Below are positions 40,396-56,862 of a DNA stretch of 64,000 bases, piece by piece. Both the position numbers and the translations under genes were made by a program. The first letter of the stretch is position 1; every line of letters starts with the position of its first letter. The stretch comes from the human T2T-CHM13v2.0 reference genome, Homo sapiens, in assembly GCF_009914755.1 (NCBI RefSeq), contig NC_060925.1; one strand, written 5' to 3'. The notes below the pieces were generated by a model. It had not been told where the DNA came from. It made no database searches and worked only from the letters and a program-made list of their open reading frames with translations.

Positions 40396-41522
40396 AGAAA
40401 AACCTTGGATGAGTACGGTTTAACAAATGGAAAAGACAGAGGGAGGGGAGTAGAAGAGTTATGAAGACAAGAATTAAGAAGAAATATTAACTTCTCTTTC
40501 TTAAGATAATTTCTCTTATTTAAGAGAAAATTTAAAATTATTTACAAACTACAACTCTACATAGAGATATGCATGCTATCATAATAGATAAATCAAGAAT
40601 TTGAACCAGAATATTTGTAAAAAATGTTTAAACAGGCACTTTCAAAGTTTGCCTTTTCCTTTTTTTTTTCTTTTTTTTTTTTTCATTTCGATTAGAAATG
40701 TGACCTTAAGTGGCATTTTTTTGTTTGTTCGTTTAGGTACATCAATACTTTAGTTTTGCTGCCTAGGAGTTGCATAACATTTTTTCTATGGATTGTAAGA
40801 TAGTCTATCAGTATATTAACCATGTGTTTTTATAAAGACAGATACCACTTTAAATGTATTTATTAGTTTTGAGATGATCCAGGTTTGAGAACATTAAAAT
40901 GTTTAAAGAGCATCAAATAATGAAGGAAAAATGGTATGTTTATGTAAATTTATTTCATCTGAGCATATCTCTGCTCTGATTATATAGTCTTCAACTTTCA
41001 AAATGTAAAATCATTTTCTTTATTTTCAAGTCCTGTGTGGACATTTTACTGTTACTTCCATATACTAGGCTTATGTTTGTCATTGTTAATATATGTTTAT
41101 CTATCAAAAAATTCTGCTTCTATATCTGCATTCTTCTGTGTGCAAGAAATAGAGAGAAAAGAGAGAGGAAAGAGAGGGAAGTGAAATTATGTTGAAATTT
41201 GGAAAATTGCTCCTCCTGAAGTTTACTGTTGCTACTTGGGTATCACATAGTCTTAAACATTGAAGACAATGTAACTGAACATATAAGGCATACAATTAAG
41301 CTTTGGTGGAAGTAACTAACTTTTGCTCTCACGCAACTCTCCCAGTACCCTGATGTAGTCAACGTGACCAAGTGTACTCTCAAAACGCTATGATTAACTT
41401 TATAAGCTCCAAACAAAACCACAGTAAATGATACAGCATCCCATCAGAATCACTGGACCAAAAAATCTGAATATATGACCCAGAAAGAAGTCAAACAGTC
41501 TAAGATAATGGAACATCATTAA

Positions 41523-42107
41523 AGTAGGTCAAATTCTAAGATGCTCCCAAGATCCGCCCCCAGATCCCATAGAGACTTGTGGATATGATGAGATAGTCCC
41601 TCCCATGATTAGCTTATATTACATGGCACAGTCGACATTAAGAAAGTAAAATTGTCCTGGGTGGACATGTCTTCTTACAAGGGCCTTTAAAAAGGACAGA
41701 GCTCTTCCTGAAGAGAGACTTGGATGTGATAGAGGAGCTCCACGTGAGGGAGATTCTCTGTTGCTGGCTTCGAAGATGAAGAAGGGCATGTGCAAGAAAT
41801 GTGGATGGCCTCTACGAACTTGGAGCAGCCCCTGCCTGACAGCCAGCATGGAGAAAGGGACCTCGGTCCTATTACTGAAAGAAACAGGATCCTCCCGTAT
41901 CCACATGAGCTTGGAAGAACCCTAAGCTCCAGAAGAGCATGTAGCCCAACTGAAACCTTGATTTCACCCTTGATTTGAGACCTTGAGCAGAAGGCCCAGC
42001 CATGCTGGGTTGGACTTTTGACTTGCAGATCACTGAGATAATAAATGGGTTTTGTTTTAAGTCACTGTTTATGGTAACTTGTTATGGAGCAACAGAAATC
42101 TAATACA
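41523..42107 (+). mobile_element. MaLR LTR (MLT1E-like)
   Basis: aattctaagatgctcccaagat...gctggcttcgaagatg...ccacatgagcttggaag...gcaacagaaatctaataca. Confidence 0.85.
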
Positions 42108-42224
42108 ATGGTGAAAATTGGTCTGAATAACTAACCTGTACCCTTTCCCTGACAAGTGCCAGATTCTCACCATATGCAGTCACCTCTGTTGGACTTATCT
42201 CAACCAATTTTTTTCCCATCATAT

Positions 42225-42470
42225 AATAATAATAGCTAAAATTTATTGTTCATTTTCAACATCTAGTACTAAGATATGCATGAATTATATCATTCAGTTG
42301 TCTCACTGATCCCTTGTTGATTATACTATTTACTATTCTCATTTTACCAAAGAGGAGTGGCACAATTAGATTCAAATCTCTTCCAGATTCAGGAATTTGT
42401 CTAGTACCACACAGTGAGCTGGGATAGAAACCCAAATTTTCAGATTCCAATGTCTATGTACTTTATTTTT
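42225..42470 (-). mobile_element. MIR SINE
   Basis: aataatagctaaaatttattg...ctcattttaccaaagaggag...acacagtgagctgggatagaaaccca. Confidence 0.65.
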
Positions 42471-43356
42471 TGAAAATAAAGATAAATGTAAACATTTTAA
42501 ATTACATACCTAGTAAACATTAATTGTAGAAAAAGAAACTATAAAGTATATAAAGTAAAAATTAGTAAAAAATCCCATCATCAAACATCCACTGCTGTTA
42601 ACAATTTAGTGATAATTCTTCTGCAAGTCCCCCTCAATATATACACATACACATATTAATTTGTGTAAGGGGATTCATATATACACGTTACTTTTTAAAA
42701 GTATAAATTTCTTTCCTTATTTCTTATTTTTCTTCTATTTTTCCCTTTCTTCTTCGATTCTTGCTTCTTACTTACCATTTTACCTTCTGCCCCCTCCAAG
42801 TAATAAATAGCCTCTCATATATTACAAGCTTATGAGATACACAGAGGTGCAGAGTTTCCTGAGTTGATACACACACATATGCACACCCCTCCACATGTAT
42901 ATGTTGTTATCTATGTGTAGTTTCTGAGAGTTTTGTAAAAATTATATGATTTTATACAAAGTTGCCTTTATCTTTTCTTTATCACTCAGTGTAGGGCCAT
43001 ACAGAGCCTTGTGGACTATATTAAGGACTTTGATTGTTATTATGAAAACAATGAAGGGTATTAAGCTGAGAAAATGACAAGATCGGATTTCTATGTGAAA
43101 AATTACCTTAGTTGTGGAATAGAGGAGGACTGAAGTGAATGCAGGAGATCAGTTCGTGCTCTATTTCAGTGGTCCAAGCAAGGAATGACAATATTTCTGA
43201 TTATGATAGCAGTAGGTAGTGACGGTGAGAGACTGGGAGATTCAAGATAGGTATGTAGGAAATAAAATCTGTAGGCTTTCCTGGAGGATTTGAATAAAAG
43301 GAATTGTGAAGAATGATTCCTATATTTCTGGCTTAAGAAACCACATAGATGTTGGA

Positions 43357-43777
<421 letters not shown>

Positions 43778-44297
43778 TTAGGTGAAAGCAAAAGTAGCAC
43801 AGATGCAAACAAGGCAAAATCACAAGTAGCATGGCCACGCCCTTTATCTACTATCATTCACGGGCACTGAAGGAATTCTTCAGCTGCAGTTCAGTGCTCA
43901 TGCTTGCTTATGGGCCTACATTAAATTTCACTTCTTTATTCTTTAGGAAAGAATGAGTTTCTGTCCTCTCTGTACTAGTTTCTACCCCATTTCAGCTCTG
44001 TTTGGTAATTTTACATCCTGACCAAAATAATATTCCTATCCAAATTGGAATAATATTTCTAAGAAATACATCACATAAATGTTCACTTAAAATTTTATAC
44101 ATTTTTCTGATTACAAAAGCAATATCTGTTCACTTAAGAACATGTGTACAACGTAAAAAAGAATTCAGAAGTAAACAGAAATCAATATAGTTCCACTATC
44201 TAGCCCAGAGCCATGCAACCTGAATGGTGGACCCTTCAGCCCTATAATGTGGTATCCTAGACTGATACCTACTGTTAACATTTGAAGTTTTTATTCC

Positions 44298-45790
44298 AAT
44301 TTTTTTAATACTTTAAGTTCTAGGATACATGTGCAGAACATGCAGGTTTGTCACATAAGTAAACATGTGCCATGGTGGTTTGCTGCACCCATCAACCCCT
44401 CATCTACATTAGGTATTTCTCTTAATGTTATCCCACCCCTAGCCCCCCACCCCCTGACAGGCCCCAGTGTATAATGTTTCCTCCCTGTGTCCATGTATTC
44501 TCATTGTTCAACTCCCACTTATGAGTGAGAAAATGTGGTGTTTGGTTGCCTGTTCCTGTGTTAGTTTGCTGAGGATGATGGTTTCGAGATTCATCCATAT
44601 CCCTGCAAAGGACATGAACTTATTATTTTTATGGCTGCATAGTATGCCATGGTGTATATGTGTCTCATTTTCTTTATCTAGTCTATTATTGATGGGCATT
44701 TGGATTGGTTCCAAGTCTTTGCTATTGTATATACTGCTGCAATAAACATATGTGTGCATATGTTTTTATGGTAGAATGATGTATAATCTTTTCGGTACAT
44801 ATCCAATAATGGGATTGGTGGGTCAAAGATCCTTGAGGAATTGCTACACTGTCTTCCACAATGGTTGAACTAATTTACAGTCCCACCAACAGTGTAAAAG
44901 TGTTCCTATTTCTCCACATCCTCTCCAGCACCTGTCATTTTCTGACTTTTTAATGATTGCCATTCTAACAGGCATGAGATGGTATCTCATTGTGGTTTTG
45001 ACTTGAATTTCACTAAAGACCAGTGATGATGAACTTTTTTCCATATGTTTGTTGGCTGCATAAATGTCTTCTTCTCAAAAGTGTCTGTTCATATCCTTTG
45101 CCCACTTTTTGAAGGGGTTTTTTTTTTTCTCTAAATTTGTTTAAGTTCCCTGTAGAATCTGGATATTAGCCCATTGTCAAGTGGATAGATTGCAAAAATT
45201 TTCTCCCATTCTGTAGGTTGCCTGTTCACTCTGATAATAGTTTTTTTTTTTTTGCTGTGCAGAAGCTCTTTAGTTTAATTAGATCTAATTTGTCAATTTT
45301 GGCTTTTGTTGCCATTGCTTTTGGTGTTTTAGACATGAAGTCTTTGCCCATGCCTATGTCCTGAATGGTATTGCTTAGGTTTTCTTCTAGGGTTTTTATG
45401 GTTTCAGGTCTTACGTGTAAGTCTTTAATCCATGTTGAGTTAATTTTTGTATAAGGTATAAGGAAGGGGTCCAGTTTCAGTTTTCTGCATATGGCTAGCT
45501 AGTTTTCCCAACACCATTTATTAAATAGGGAAGCCTTTCCCCATTGCTTGTTTTTGTCAGGTTTGTCAAAGATCAGATTGTTGTAGATGTGTGACATTAT
45601 TTCTGAGGCCTCTGTTCTGTTCCATTGGTCTATATATCTGTTTTGGTAGCAGTACCATGCTGTTTTGGTCACTTTATCCTGGTGGTGTAGTTTGAAGTCA
45701 GGTAGTGTGATGCCTCCAGCTTTGTTCTTTTTGCTTAGGATTGTCTTGGCTATATGGGCTCTTTTTTGGTTCCATATGAAATTTAAAGTG
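44298..45790 (-). mobile_element. L1PA (about L1PA7) 5'-truncated
   Basis: Reverse 3' UTR (tactttaagttctaggatacatgtgcag) and ORF2 peptides in the ORF track ([11 protein letters not shown]...IDQWNRTE; [29 protein letters not shown]). Confidence 0.95.
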
Positions 45791-47656
45791 TAGGAAAACA
45801 AAACACTGAAGAAAAAAGGAAGTATAGCATATATGCAATTATACATTACTTTTCTCCAGTGAACACATTTTCAGAATTTCCCCAGTTTTATTTAGATTTA
45901 CCTATGAAAAAGGAGCTTAAGGAAAAAAATGATAAGCTCAAAACTGTACCAAAGTACAAATGATAAGATTCCTATTATAAATAAAATGTTTTCATTTTCA
46001 ATACCTAAAAAAGTGTGAGTCAAAAAGCAAGATTGCAATAAAATGCAGTAAAAATGCATCATATAAATTGTTAAATGGTGAAATGGCCAAATGGTGAATG
46101 AGAAGGAAAAAGTGGATAGAATTTGGAACTAGCTATTAAGATATCTGGTCTAAAATTCATTCTATTACACACAATTCAGAAAGTAAGTGCACCCACAGTT
46201 ACTAAATATAGTCCCCACTTCCATTAGCTACCCTCACTTCTTCCTATTTTTTTCCCCAAATTGGGCTATGGATGACAGGGGTAACCAGTATTTAATGAGA
46301 ATCTATAATATAGCAGATTTTATGATATACTTTTTATAATGAAAAATTTCCAACAAGCACAAAAGAAGGGAGAATACTATAGTGAACCTTGTTTACCAAT
46401 TACCCAGCTTTAGCAATCAGTATTTTTCTTATTTAGTTTTATATATTGCCACCTTCTCACTTTTTTGTTGTGCAGTAATTTAAAGTAAATCTGACATAAT
46501 TTAATTTCCATTTCAAGAATTGCCAAATTTTGTTAAAAGTTGCAAATATACTGTCTCTCATTAGTTGAAACCTCTACTGAAGATAATGCAATATAATAGT
46601 CATATATATACATATACAAATATTGAAATATTTCTTAAAAATATGATATATTACAGTTGATTTCATTTGAACAAGAATTTATTAGTACCTATTAGCCAGA
46701 ATATCTGGCTTCCAAAACAACTTCAAACTGGTTTCGAAAGCTTGGATAAATCCCTAACCCTTCAAAGGCATTGTGTTAATTACAGTTCTCTTTGTTGCAA
46801 CAGAATATATCAAACTTAGATTAAATAAATCAAAAGAAGAAATTTATTGGAGGGATGTTGGGGAATCTAATGGAATAAAGAATCATTGGGCACAGGTTTC
46901 AGGAGTTAGCAGTCAAACTTGAATCCTTCTGGTGTTCTCATTTCTGCTTCTCTCTATTGGCTTCAGCTTTCTCTTTCACTGCCAATAATTTTTCTTTCCT
47001 AAATGATTAAAAACACAGCTGCTATCAGTATTATAATTTACGATTTATCAAAATCTAACAATATTCAGAGAGGTGCCAGCTTTGAGAACAACCAGTTGTG
47101 GCCGGGGGTGAAATGAAATGTTTTAAGAATATGGAAATTGAAATCATGTGGATGGAATGGGTGAAATGTAGTTTGCAGGAAGGCCCCAGGGAGAGGCTAT
47201 TGTGCAAACCATCCCATACACATCCTTTACAGGGAATAAAGGATTTTATATGTAAAATGAAGTATTTGAATTACATGATTGTTAAGGTACCTTATAGTTC
47301 CTCATATATACTTCTTACAAAATCCCTAAATATGCCTGTAGGAAACTTGCTACTATTGAAGGGCAGGAGAAAATATAAATAAATAATAAAATGTTCTGTA
47401 ATATGAGTTTATCAAAAGTTCAAGACTACAATGTGAAAAGTTTAAGCATACATTTTAAGATGACAGGCCATTACTGTGAAACTTTAATAAGGGAGGGAAC
47501 CAAAAACAGATGATTTCATTTTGTGTGAAATCCATCTTATTAGCTATGTTGTCAAGCTGACATTCTCCACCTATGGAAATTATGGCAAAATAAACAAACC
47601 AATGAGTGAAATTTTGTGTAAAACTCAAGAGTTTGTTTCTCATTACTGGTATTTTA

Positions 47657-48087
<431 letters not shown>

Positions 48088-48468
48088 TCACCTTGCAATC
48101 CCAATATGATTTTTTTAGGGCTGTGGACACATTATTATTCATTGACTGTCAAGTAAGTATTGGGCTCTGATCATTAATATATTACTTCAGTGTAGATAGC
48201 AATCATTCTGATTTTTTAATCCTTTAATTTCAAATGTACATAAAGGTAGGAAAAATTATGTAATGAACTTCTTCAATGCTGATCAATCCACTTCCTATAC
48301 AGGTTACTTTTGAAACAACTCTCAGAATGTGCCTCTATGAGATAAGGATTATTTTATTTTAAACATTACTATAATAATATTATTGCATAAAAATACTTAA
48401 ACATTATTTCTTAATTTTATCAAATATCTGCTTCTGGATCAAGTTTCCTTATTAGTCTCATAAGTGCT

Positions 48469-48832
48469 TGCTATGTACTGAATGGTTTTGCCCCCTCAAA
48501 ATTCATATGTTGAATCCCTAATCCCAAGTGTTATGGTATTTGGAGGTGGGGCCTTTGGAAGGTAATTAGGTCATGGGTGGGGCCCAAATGATGGGATTAG
48601 TGCACTTATAAAAACAGATATGACAGCATGATTCCTCTTTCTCTAATCTCCACCATGTAAGGACACAGTAAGAGGGGGACGGTCTGCAAACCAGAAGTGG
48701 ACCCTCACCAGACGTGAGATCTGCAGGTGTGTTGATCTTGGATTGTTTGGCCTTCAGAACTGTTGAGAAATAATTGTTTCTTGGTTAAGCCATCAGTCTA
48801 TGGTATTTTTGTTAGAGCAACCTGAACTAAGG
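48469..48832 (+). mobile_element. MaLR LTR (MLT1A0-like)
   Basis: tgctatgtactgaatg...ccccctcaaaattcatatgttgaa...ggaggtggggcctttggaaggtaattaggtcatg...ccctcaccagac. Confidence 0.9.
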
Positions 48833-48919
48833 GAATGCCTAGAGAGTCGTGAAGCAAATTAAATCTAGAAACTGCAATTTATTGATTGGTCTCTAAGGTA
48901 GGTCACACTTTTTAAAAAA

Positions 48920-50235
48920 TAAATGTTTTTACATTGAAATATAACAAAGATATACCATACTGAGAAGCCTACATAAATAAGTAGATGAATGAAAATTCTG
49001 CTTTATAAATTGAACTCATCCATGTCAATACTGCTCATGGCCAGAAATAGAGTATTATTAGCACTCCAATAGCTTTCCTCTTGTCCTGTGTGATTCATGA
49101 CTGTTCCACTAAAAGAAATTGCCTCTCTAGTACTTCTATAACCACAGATTTATTCATTTGTTTTTGAATTATACACATGCAGATGAAATAAGACAGTATG
49201 TAATCTTTTGTGCTCGCCTTTTTCATTTGATATGTTTTGATATTCATTCATCTTTATTGTGTATTTTATTATGAAAATATGTTACAATTTATTTATCCAT
49301 TTTATTCTTAGTGGCCATTTGGGCTGTTTCCAGTTGAGAGGATTACAAATACTGTTGCAGTAAATATGCTTATACATTTTTTGTAACCATAAATATGTAT
49401 TTCTCTTATGTAAGTCCAACACCATTTAACACAAGGGGCATTTTTTTTCCTCCATTGGAATGCAGTAACACCTTTTTATCAGAGAAATAATTACATATGT
49501 GAAGGTTTCTTTGTTGGATTCTCTAGATTGGTATGTTGGTTTATTTATCTGGTTTTTGCCCCAATAACACCTTGATTTAATAATTGTTTATTTATAATAA
49601 GTATTTATATATGGCAGTTAAATCTTCCACCTCCAAATTCAGCATTATTTTATTGACTACTTTTGTCTAATTTAGTATTAGTTTGAGAATTTCTATCAAT
49701 TTCTTAATAGGATTTTGATTCTGATTGCACTTAATATTTAGATCAATTTTGCAGAATTGATGTCTTTATCATATTGGGTCTTTCAATCCATAAAGATGGT
49801 ATATCTCTTTCTTTGTTTTTCTTATTTACCTGATTAATAATTTTTAAAATGTAGGTATAGAAGTTTTACACAATTTCATTAGATTCATTTCTAGGTATTT
49901 TGGTACTCATTGTTCCTATTGTAAATCAAATTGTGATATAATTTTTATAAGAATTTTTTAAAGGATGACTTGTTTCCCAAAAAATAAAATTATTTTGACA
50001 ATGTTTAACCCTATCTTGTCAAATTGTAAACATATTCTTAAGTAATGCCGTAAGCATATATGTTTTTCTCGTTTAGCATATATATTTCTATTTTTGGATT
50101 TATTGAGGTATAACTGACAAAAATTATATATACTCAAGATGTGCAATATAATGATTTGCTATACTTGTACATTGCAAAATGATTATCACAGCCAAATTGA
50201 CGAACACATCTATTACCACAGTTGTCATTTTGTGT
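48920..50235 (-). mobile_element. Old L1ME/L1MC fragments plus an L1MA/MB 3' tip (about 50095-50235)
   Basis: gggctgtttccagtt, gattgcacttaatatttagatcaatttt, tttattgaggtataactgacaaaa. Confidence 0.65.
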
Positions 50236-50313
50236 GTAGCAAATGTCATTTTTAGAGCAGTTTAGTTTTTTCAAAAAGTAGAAAGCAGGCCTAACCTAAA
50301 AAGTAGGTAATGT

Positions 50314-50372
50314 TTGCTTGAGTTTGAAAGAAAGCCTCTACATGTTGCTTGAGTTTGAAAGAAAGCCTGTAG
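50314..50372. repeat. Two-copy tandem repeat, 31-bp unit
   Basis: ttgcttgagtttgaaagaaagcct(c/g)ta, twice. Confidence 0.9.
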
Positions 50373-53300
50373 TAGCATTGATAAGATCTATGCTAAGATT
50401 CCTGGTTGTCTTAAATCCCAGTTCTGTAGAAAATGTTTTATCATAAAAGCTCAGCTAGATATACTGTATGTGTTAGAACAGAGGTCTGGAGGATCAATCT
50501 CCTGAGTCACTCATAAAGAGTACTGAATGGAGCTTTCTATAAACTGGGGTATGTAGACCCACGAGACAACTTGATCCACATTATCCTGACTGTAGGAAGA
50601 ATATTTTGCTAACAGAGATCACTGACAAATTGCCTGGGAGTCAGTTGCTGCTGAGGCAGCTGAGGCTGACTACTTTTGATAAGGTTGTGTGTTTGCATCC
50701 CACAATTTTTTCAACTTTTTATATATTTTATTTGCCTTATTGAGTCTCTGGCTGGGACCTCAAGTTTAATTTTGCAAAGAAATGGGGATAGTGGTTATCC
50801 TTATTTAATTCCTGATACCTGAAGAACACTTCCGATATTTCACATTAAGAATGAGATTTGCAGGAGGTTTTTTAGATAGCCTTTATCAAATTAAGGATTT
50901 CTAAAAATCATGAATATATATTAATAATTTTTGATTAATATTTATAATGAAGAAAGAAATGGGAATAAATAACTTTATTTTAATACAGTAGAAGTAACTT
51001 GAATAAAGAAAACCATTTAGGGTTGGAATAAAAATTATCATTATCTCTAGGCACCTTAATTTTGGTTTTAAATTTATTCGCAAATTTTAAACCTACGATC
51101 CACAGAAATTTTTTTTCTTACTGAAGAAGAGAAAGTAATAATGTCAAGATTCTGTATATTGAATTGTAGCATTTGTGCTGCATGTTTGCTGAGACAAAAT
51201 ATGAACCATTTAAGTAATAAATAAGTGATAGAAAATGCTTATAATGTTGTTAAATATAAAATATTCTATATCTTAACTACTTGTAGACTATGTTTAGTAA
51301 TAATATATAGAGCATCATTGCTAAAAACTGGTTTTCATAAGGGTAAATAAAATTCCCCAATAAAATTACTTTGGAAATTTTTATTTTTATTTGGGGGTGG
51401 CAATATCCTATTATGATTTGTAAGACTGACTAGGTGAAGATTATGTAATTCCTTGGAGGAGTTGCCCCAATGCCACTTAAAAAAGTTGGTCAATACTTTA
51501 AACTCTTGTTATATAATGTCTAAGAACTTAGAAGCAACAATATAATTTTAAAGAACAAAAAGCATACTCTATAGACACTTAAAATTATATGACAGTAAAT
51601 ATATAAACTTACAAAAAGAAAAGCCAGGTCCAAAGTGTCCTAAGTAGTTACAAAATAGAAAGTTACTGCCAAGACTCATTTCTCTATTTATTGACTTCTT
51701 TCAAAATAGTTTTCAAGAAATAAAGAAATGAAGAAATTACAAGAGAGTAAAAAGATGATACTCTTTGGTATAATACCGATCACTTTTAGAGTTGTTTTTA
51801 AAGAGAAATAAAAAATTGGTCATGGCATTTTCACCACGTAGGTTTAAAAAACTGAAATTATAACTTTCATTTTGTATTAACATTTGAATATATACTTTAA
51901 AAATATTACATATATTTAAAAACTTAAGAGGAATTCATTTTCTGGGAAGGTGAAACAGATGCACTCTTTCTTACTGTTCCTACTAAGTACAATGGTCACC
52001 CTGAACATTAGCTATAACACAAAGACTCAGAATGGTGGACAGAATAAGTTAAATCAGGTTGGGTCATTAGGACCCAAGGACTAACACAATGGTAAGTTTC
52101 TTGGGTTTTCTCTTTGTCTCAAATATCCCAGGCCCAGAGCAGAAAAGGCTGGCAAAAAAGAAGTGCTAATAGGCCCAGACCAAAAAAAAAACAAAAGCCC
52201 CAATAAAAAGTGCTACCTATAGCAAAGGGCCACAAAAGGAACAGCCTAGCAAGAGAGAAAATTTGTAGACAATAAATGCTCTACTCCAGCCAAACACTAA
52301 AGAATAAATATGTATCCCCCTCCAACACTCACACTAGCAAACATTGAATAAGAAGCCTAAATTTATACCCTCATAGGCCTTTGTGTATTACTCCAACATC
52401 CCCACAGATGTGATATCAGAGAAGGCCAAATAGGGATCTGGGACTTTTACCCCACCACTAACAACAAAAGTCTTTCCCCTCTTCCTCTGCATCCCTGTAG
52501 AGTCAATGGAAAGTACTTGAATAGCCTGGACTTCCTCCTACATCTTTACAGCACTGATGGTAGGTAGAAGGTGTTCTTTTCTTTACTGCAGGAATGGTGT
52601 CAAAAGAGGCTTGGTGGAGAGAAAGAACTTTCATCATCTCCAGCTTCAACAACATCGCCACTGTAGAGTCAGTGGATAACACATGGATACATGCATTGGA
52701 AACCAAATGGGAGTCAGAACTCTCACACCCACTTAGCTGTAATAAAGAGCTCCCCATTCAGGGAGCTCAATAGACTCAATAGAATCTGAGTATACAATTC
52801 CACCTTCCAGTAAAAATGCAGCCCTCCTACTTCCCTTCCCTAAGTGGTATCAGAGAAAACCAGATAAAACAGAAAGTTTAAATAAAATCCAGCATCTTGT
52901 AACAATACGACAATGCTTAGGCTTCAATTAAAAAAATTACTAATTATACCAAAAACCAGAAACAAGTAAACTTAATTTTTTAAAATGTCAAGATGTGTCA
53001 GCGTTGAGGTAATAGAGATACTAAAATCATCTGACAAAGTTTTTAAAGAAGCCACAATAAAAGTATTTAGGCAAGCAACTAAAAGCACATTTAAATGAAA
53101 AAGATAATGTCTCAGCAATAAATTAGTTGTATAGAAAAACCTATACATAAAAAATAAAATATTGATATAAAAAACTCAGTGGATGAGCTAAAAAACAGAA
53201 TGGAAGGAACAGAGAAAATAATCAGAGAACAGGAAAGTAGAACAATATAAATCACCCAAAATTAATCATAAAAAATTAAATCAATTGAATGGAAAAAAAT

Positions 53301-54896
53301 GAACAGAGCTTCAAGGACAGACATATGGGCAAAAACATCTAATCCTTGTGCATTGAAGTCTTAGAAAGAGAATAGAAAGAGGGAGGCTGAAAAGTACTCA
53401 AATAAATATTGGCTGAAAACTTTACAAATTTAGTCAGAGATTCAAGAAGGTGTGAATCCCAGAAAGGATAAACCCAGATAAATTTATGCCAAGACACATC
53501 ATAAGTAAACTTCTGAAAATGAAAGAAAAAATATTGAAAGGAGCTAAAGAAAAATAACACTTTACTAATAGAAAAAATAATAGAATGACAATGGATTTCT
53601 CATCTGAAACCATGGAAGATTTAAAAAAAGACATAATATTTTTCAAGTGCCTAAAGGAAAGAATTGACAACTCAGAATTCTATACCCAGCAAAAACACCC
53701 CTCCTGGGTAAAGGGAAATTGAAGACATTATCAGATGAAGAAAAGCTAAGATAATATGTTGGCAGCAGACTTATTTTAAAATAAAAAAAACTTCTCTATA
53801 CAGTAAGGGTATGATAAAATAATGTGACTTGTAAATATCAGGAACAGAGAATGAACATGGTAAGGAAAATTATGGATAAATACATTAAGTTTTCTTTTCA
53901 TTTTGAGTTTGTTAAATTATTATTGATGGTTGAAGTAAAAATTACATGTAATGTGGTTCTAAATATATGTAGAGAAAATATTTAAGTTATTATATTTTAA
54001 AATTGTATTCTATGTTATAAAAGGTAAAAGATCAAAATAAAATGTAAGGTTTCTACACCTGTGCTGATAAAATTTAATACACAGAACAATCATTACAAAA
54101 GCTACAAAAAGATGGACCAAAAAAGACATAGATTAAAACAAGATTCTAACAAATGTTTAAGTGACCTGTAGAAAGGCAAAAAAGAAAATAATTTTTTGAG
54201 TCTCTTAATTGAGAAAACACTTGAGAGAATAAAGGAAGAGACAGAAGAAACAGGAACCAAAAATAAAATGGCTAAGTCATAATATGTTAATAATTTAATT
54301 AAAGTAAGTGGTCTAATTACATAAATTCAAAGACAGAGATTGGCAGAATGCATTAAAAATATGACCCAAACTGTTTTATCTACAAAAAAATCTCATTTTA
54401 ACACGAAGATAGATACAGATAATGTTAAAGTAAAAAATAATTTAATATTTAAAAGCTATATTGTGCAGTCCTTAATTAAATGAAAGCAGGTATAGCTATA
54501 TTAATATCAGACAAAGTAAACTTCAGAGCAAAGAAAATTACTAGTTACAGAGGAGATATTATATAATGCTAAAAGTTTCAGTTTACCAAGAAGACATAGT
54601 AGTTCTAAATGACTGGGCACCACACAACGTATCTTCAAAATATGTAAAGCAAAAACTGACATGACTGAAGAAACAAATGCACAATTATAGTTGTAGACTT
54701 CACCATTTCTCCCAAAATTGATCAACTAACTAGACAGCAAAACAGAAAGGGTACAGAAAAACTCAACAACACTATCAAAAAACACATTCTAATAAACATT
54801 TTTAGACTACTTCACCCAACAACAACAGAATATACCTTTGGAAAATAATTGTCTGTGGAAGGTAGACCATATTCTAGTCCACAAAATAAAAAAATT

Positions 54897-55200
<304 letters not shown>

Positions 55201-56797
55201 ACCTCAACAAGTTTAAAATAATTGAAATCATACAAAATACATTCTCCGAACACAATGGAGTCAAATTTAAAATCAATAGCAGAAAGATAACAGAAAAAGC
55301 TGCAATCACTTGAAGATAAAATATATCTAAATAATCCATGGGCCAAAGAGAAATTCTCAAAAGAAATAAAAATACAAGGAGCAAAATGTACTGAAAGCAA
55401 ACAGAAGAAAGGAAATTATAATAAAGATAAAATTAGAAGTCAATGTCAATGGAGAAAAATCAACAAACCAAAGAGTTATATGTGAATCAATAAAATGGAC
55501 AAACCTGTGGGAATACCGACAAAGAAAAAAGACAAATTAACAAATTTACAAATAATAAATTTACAGTAATTAAATAGAAAATAAAACAGATCAAAATAGT
55601 AAAGAGTAAGAATGTACTATGAGCAACTCTATGCATCTAAGTTTTATAACTTAGATAACATAGACTAGTTTTTGAAAAATATGATTTATAACAATATGAA
55701 ATAATTTGAGAAAGCCTATAACTATTAAGAAATTAATTTTATAATTAAAAAATTTCAAATTCAAAAACATAACGTTAATTCTACATAATCTTTTCAGAAA
55801 ATAGAAAAGGAGGAAATAACTCCCCATTCATTTTTTAAAGATAGTATTGCCCTGATATCAAAACCAGGCAAATTTCCACACACATATGCATGCACACACA
55901 TACACCTAAAACTGCAAATTTATATTTTCCATAAACATAGATACAGAAATCTAAATAACATATTCGCAAGATAGAATTCAGTAATATATAAAAATAACCA
56001 AGTGGGGTTTATTCCAAGAATGCAAGGCTAAACCAAATATTGTTTCAATATTTGAAAACTACTGTATATAATACATCATGTTAAAGAGATATATATAAAA
56101 TTACACCCACACATGTATATGTCAATACAGAAAGGCAGTTGACAAAATCCAACACATAATCAGGATAAACATTCTCAGAAAGTATGAATAGAGGGAAATG
56201 TCCTAAATTTGATAAAGAGCACATATAAATGCTACACCTAACATACTTATGTTGAGTGATGGAAAGTTTTGCTTCTAAAAATCAGAAACATGGCAAAAAT
56301 GCCCACTCTTACTATTGGCATTCAACATGGTGTTAACAATTCTAGCCATTGCAATGAGGCAAGAAGATTTAAAAAAAAAATACAAATTAGAAAGCGAGAA
56401 ATAAAATGTCTTTTATTTACAGATGATACAATTGTTCACATGGAAAATCCCAAGGAATATGCAAAAAGCTTCTAAGAAGTAATAAATGATTTTAACAAGA
56501 AAAACATACAAAAATCAGTTTTTTTCTGTCTCCTAACTGTGAACAAGTGGGCAATAAAAATAGAAAAATAATATCATTTACAATTAAAAAATTACTTTTC
56601 AATTTAATTTAATTTTATTTTGAGTTATACGACTCAAATAGTAAATATGCAAATTTCTGCAAATTAATGAATAGGTGTAATACAATTTCTATCAAAACTC
56701 CAGCCGTACATTTTGTAGATATAAATGAGACTATTCTAAAATTTATATGGAAAAGCAAAGAAACTAGCTAAAGTCTCTCTGGATAAAGAAGAATATT

Positions 56798-56862
56798 TAA
56801 CAAACCTGCACGTTGTGCACATGTACCCTAGAACTTAAAGTATAATTAAAAAAAAAAAAAAA
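56798..56862 (+). mobile_element. Very short L1PA 3' tip (~50 nt plus poly-A) nested in L1MD
   Basis: taacaaacctgcacgttgtgcacatgtaccctagaacttaaagtataat plus A tail; aagaagaa on both sides. Confidence 0.88.
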
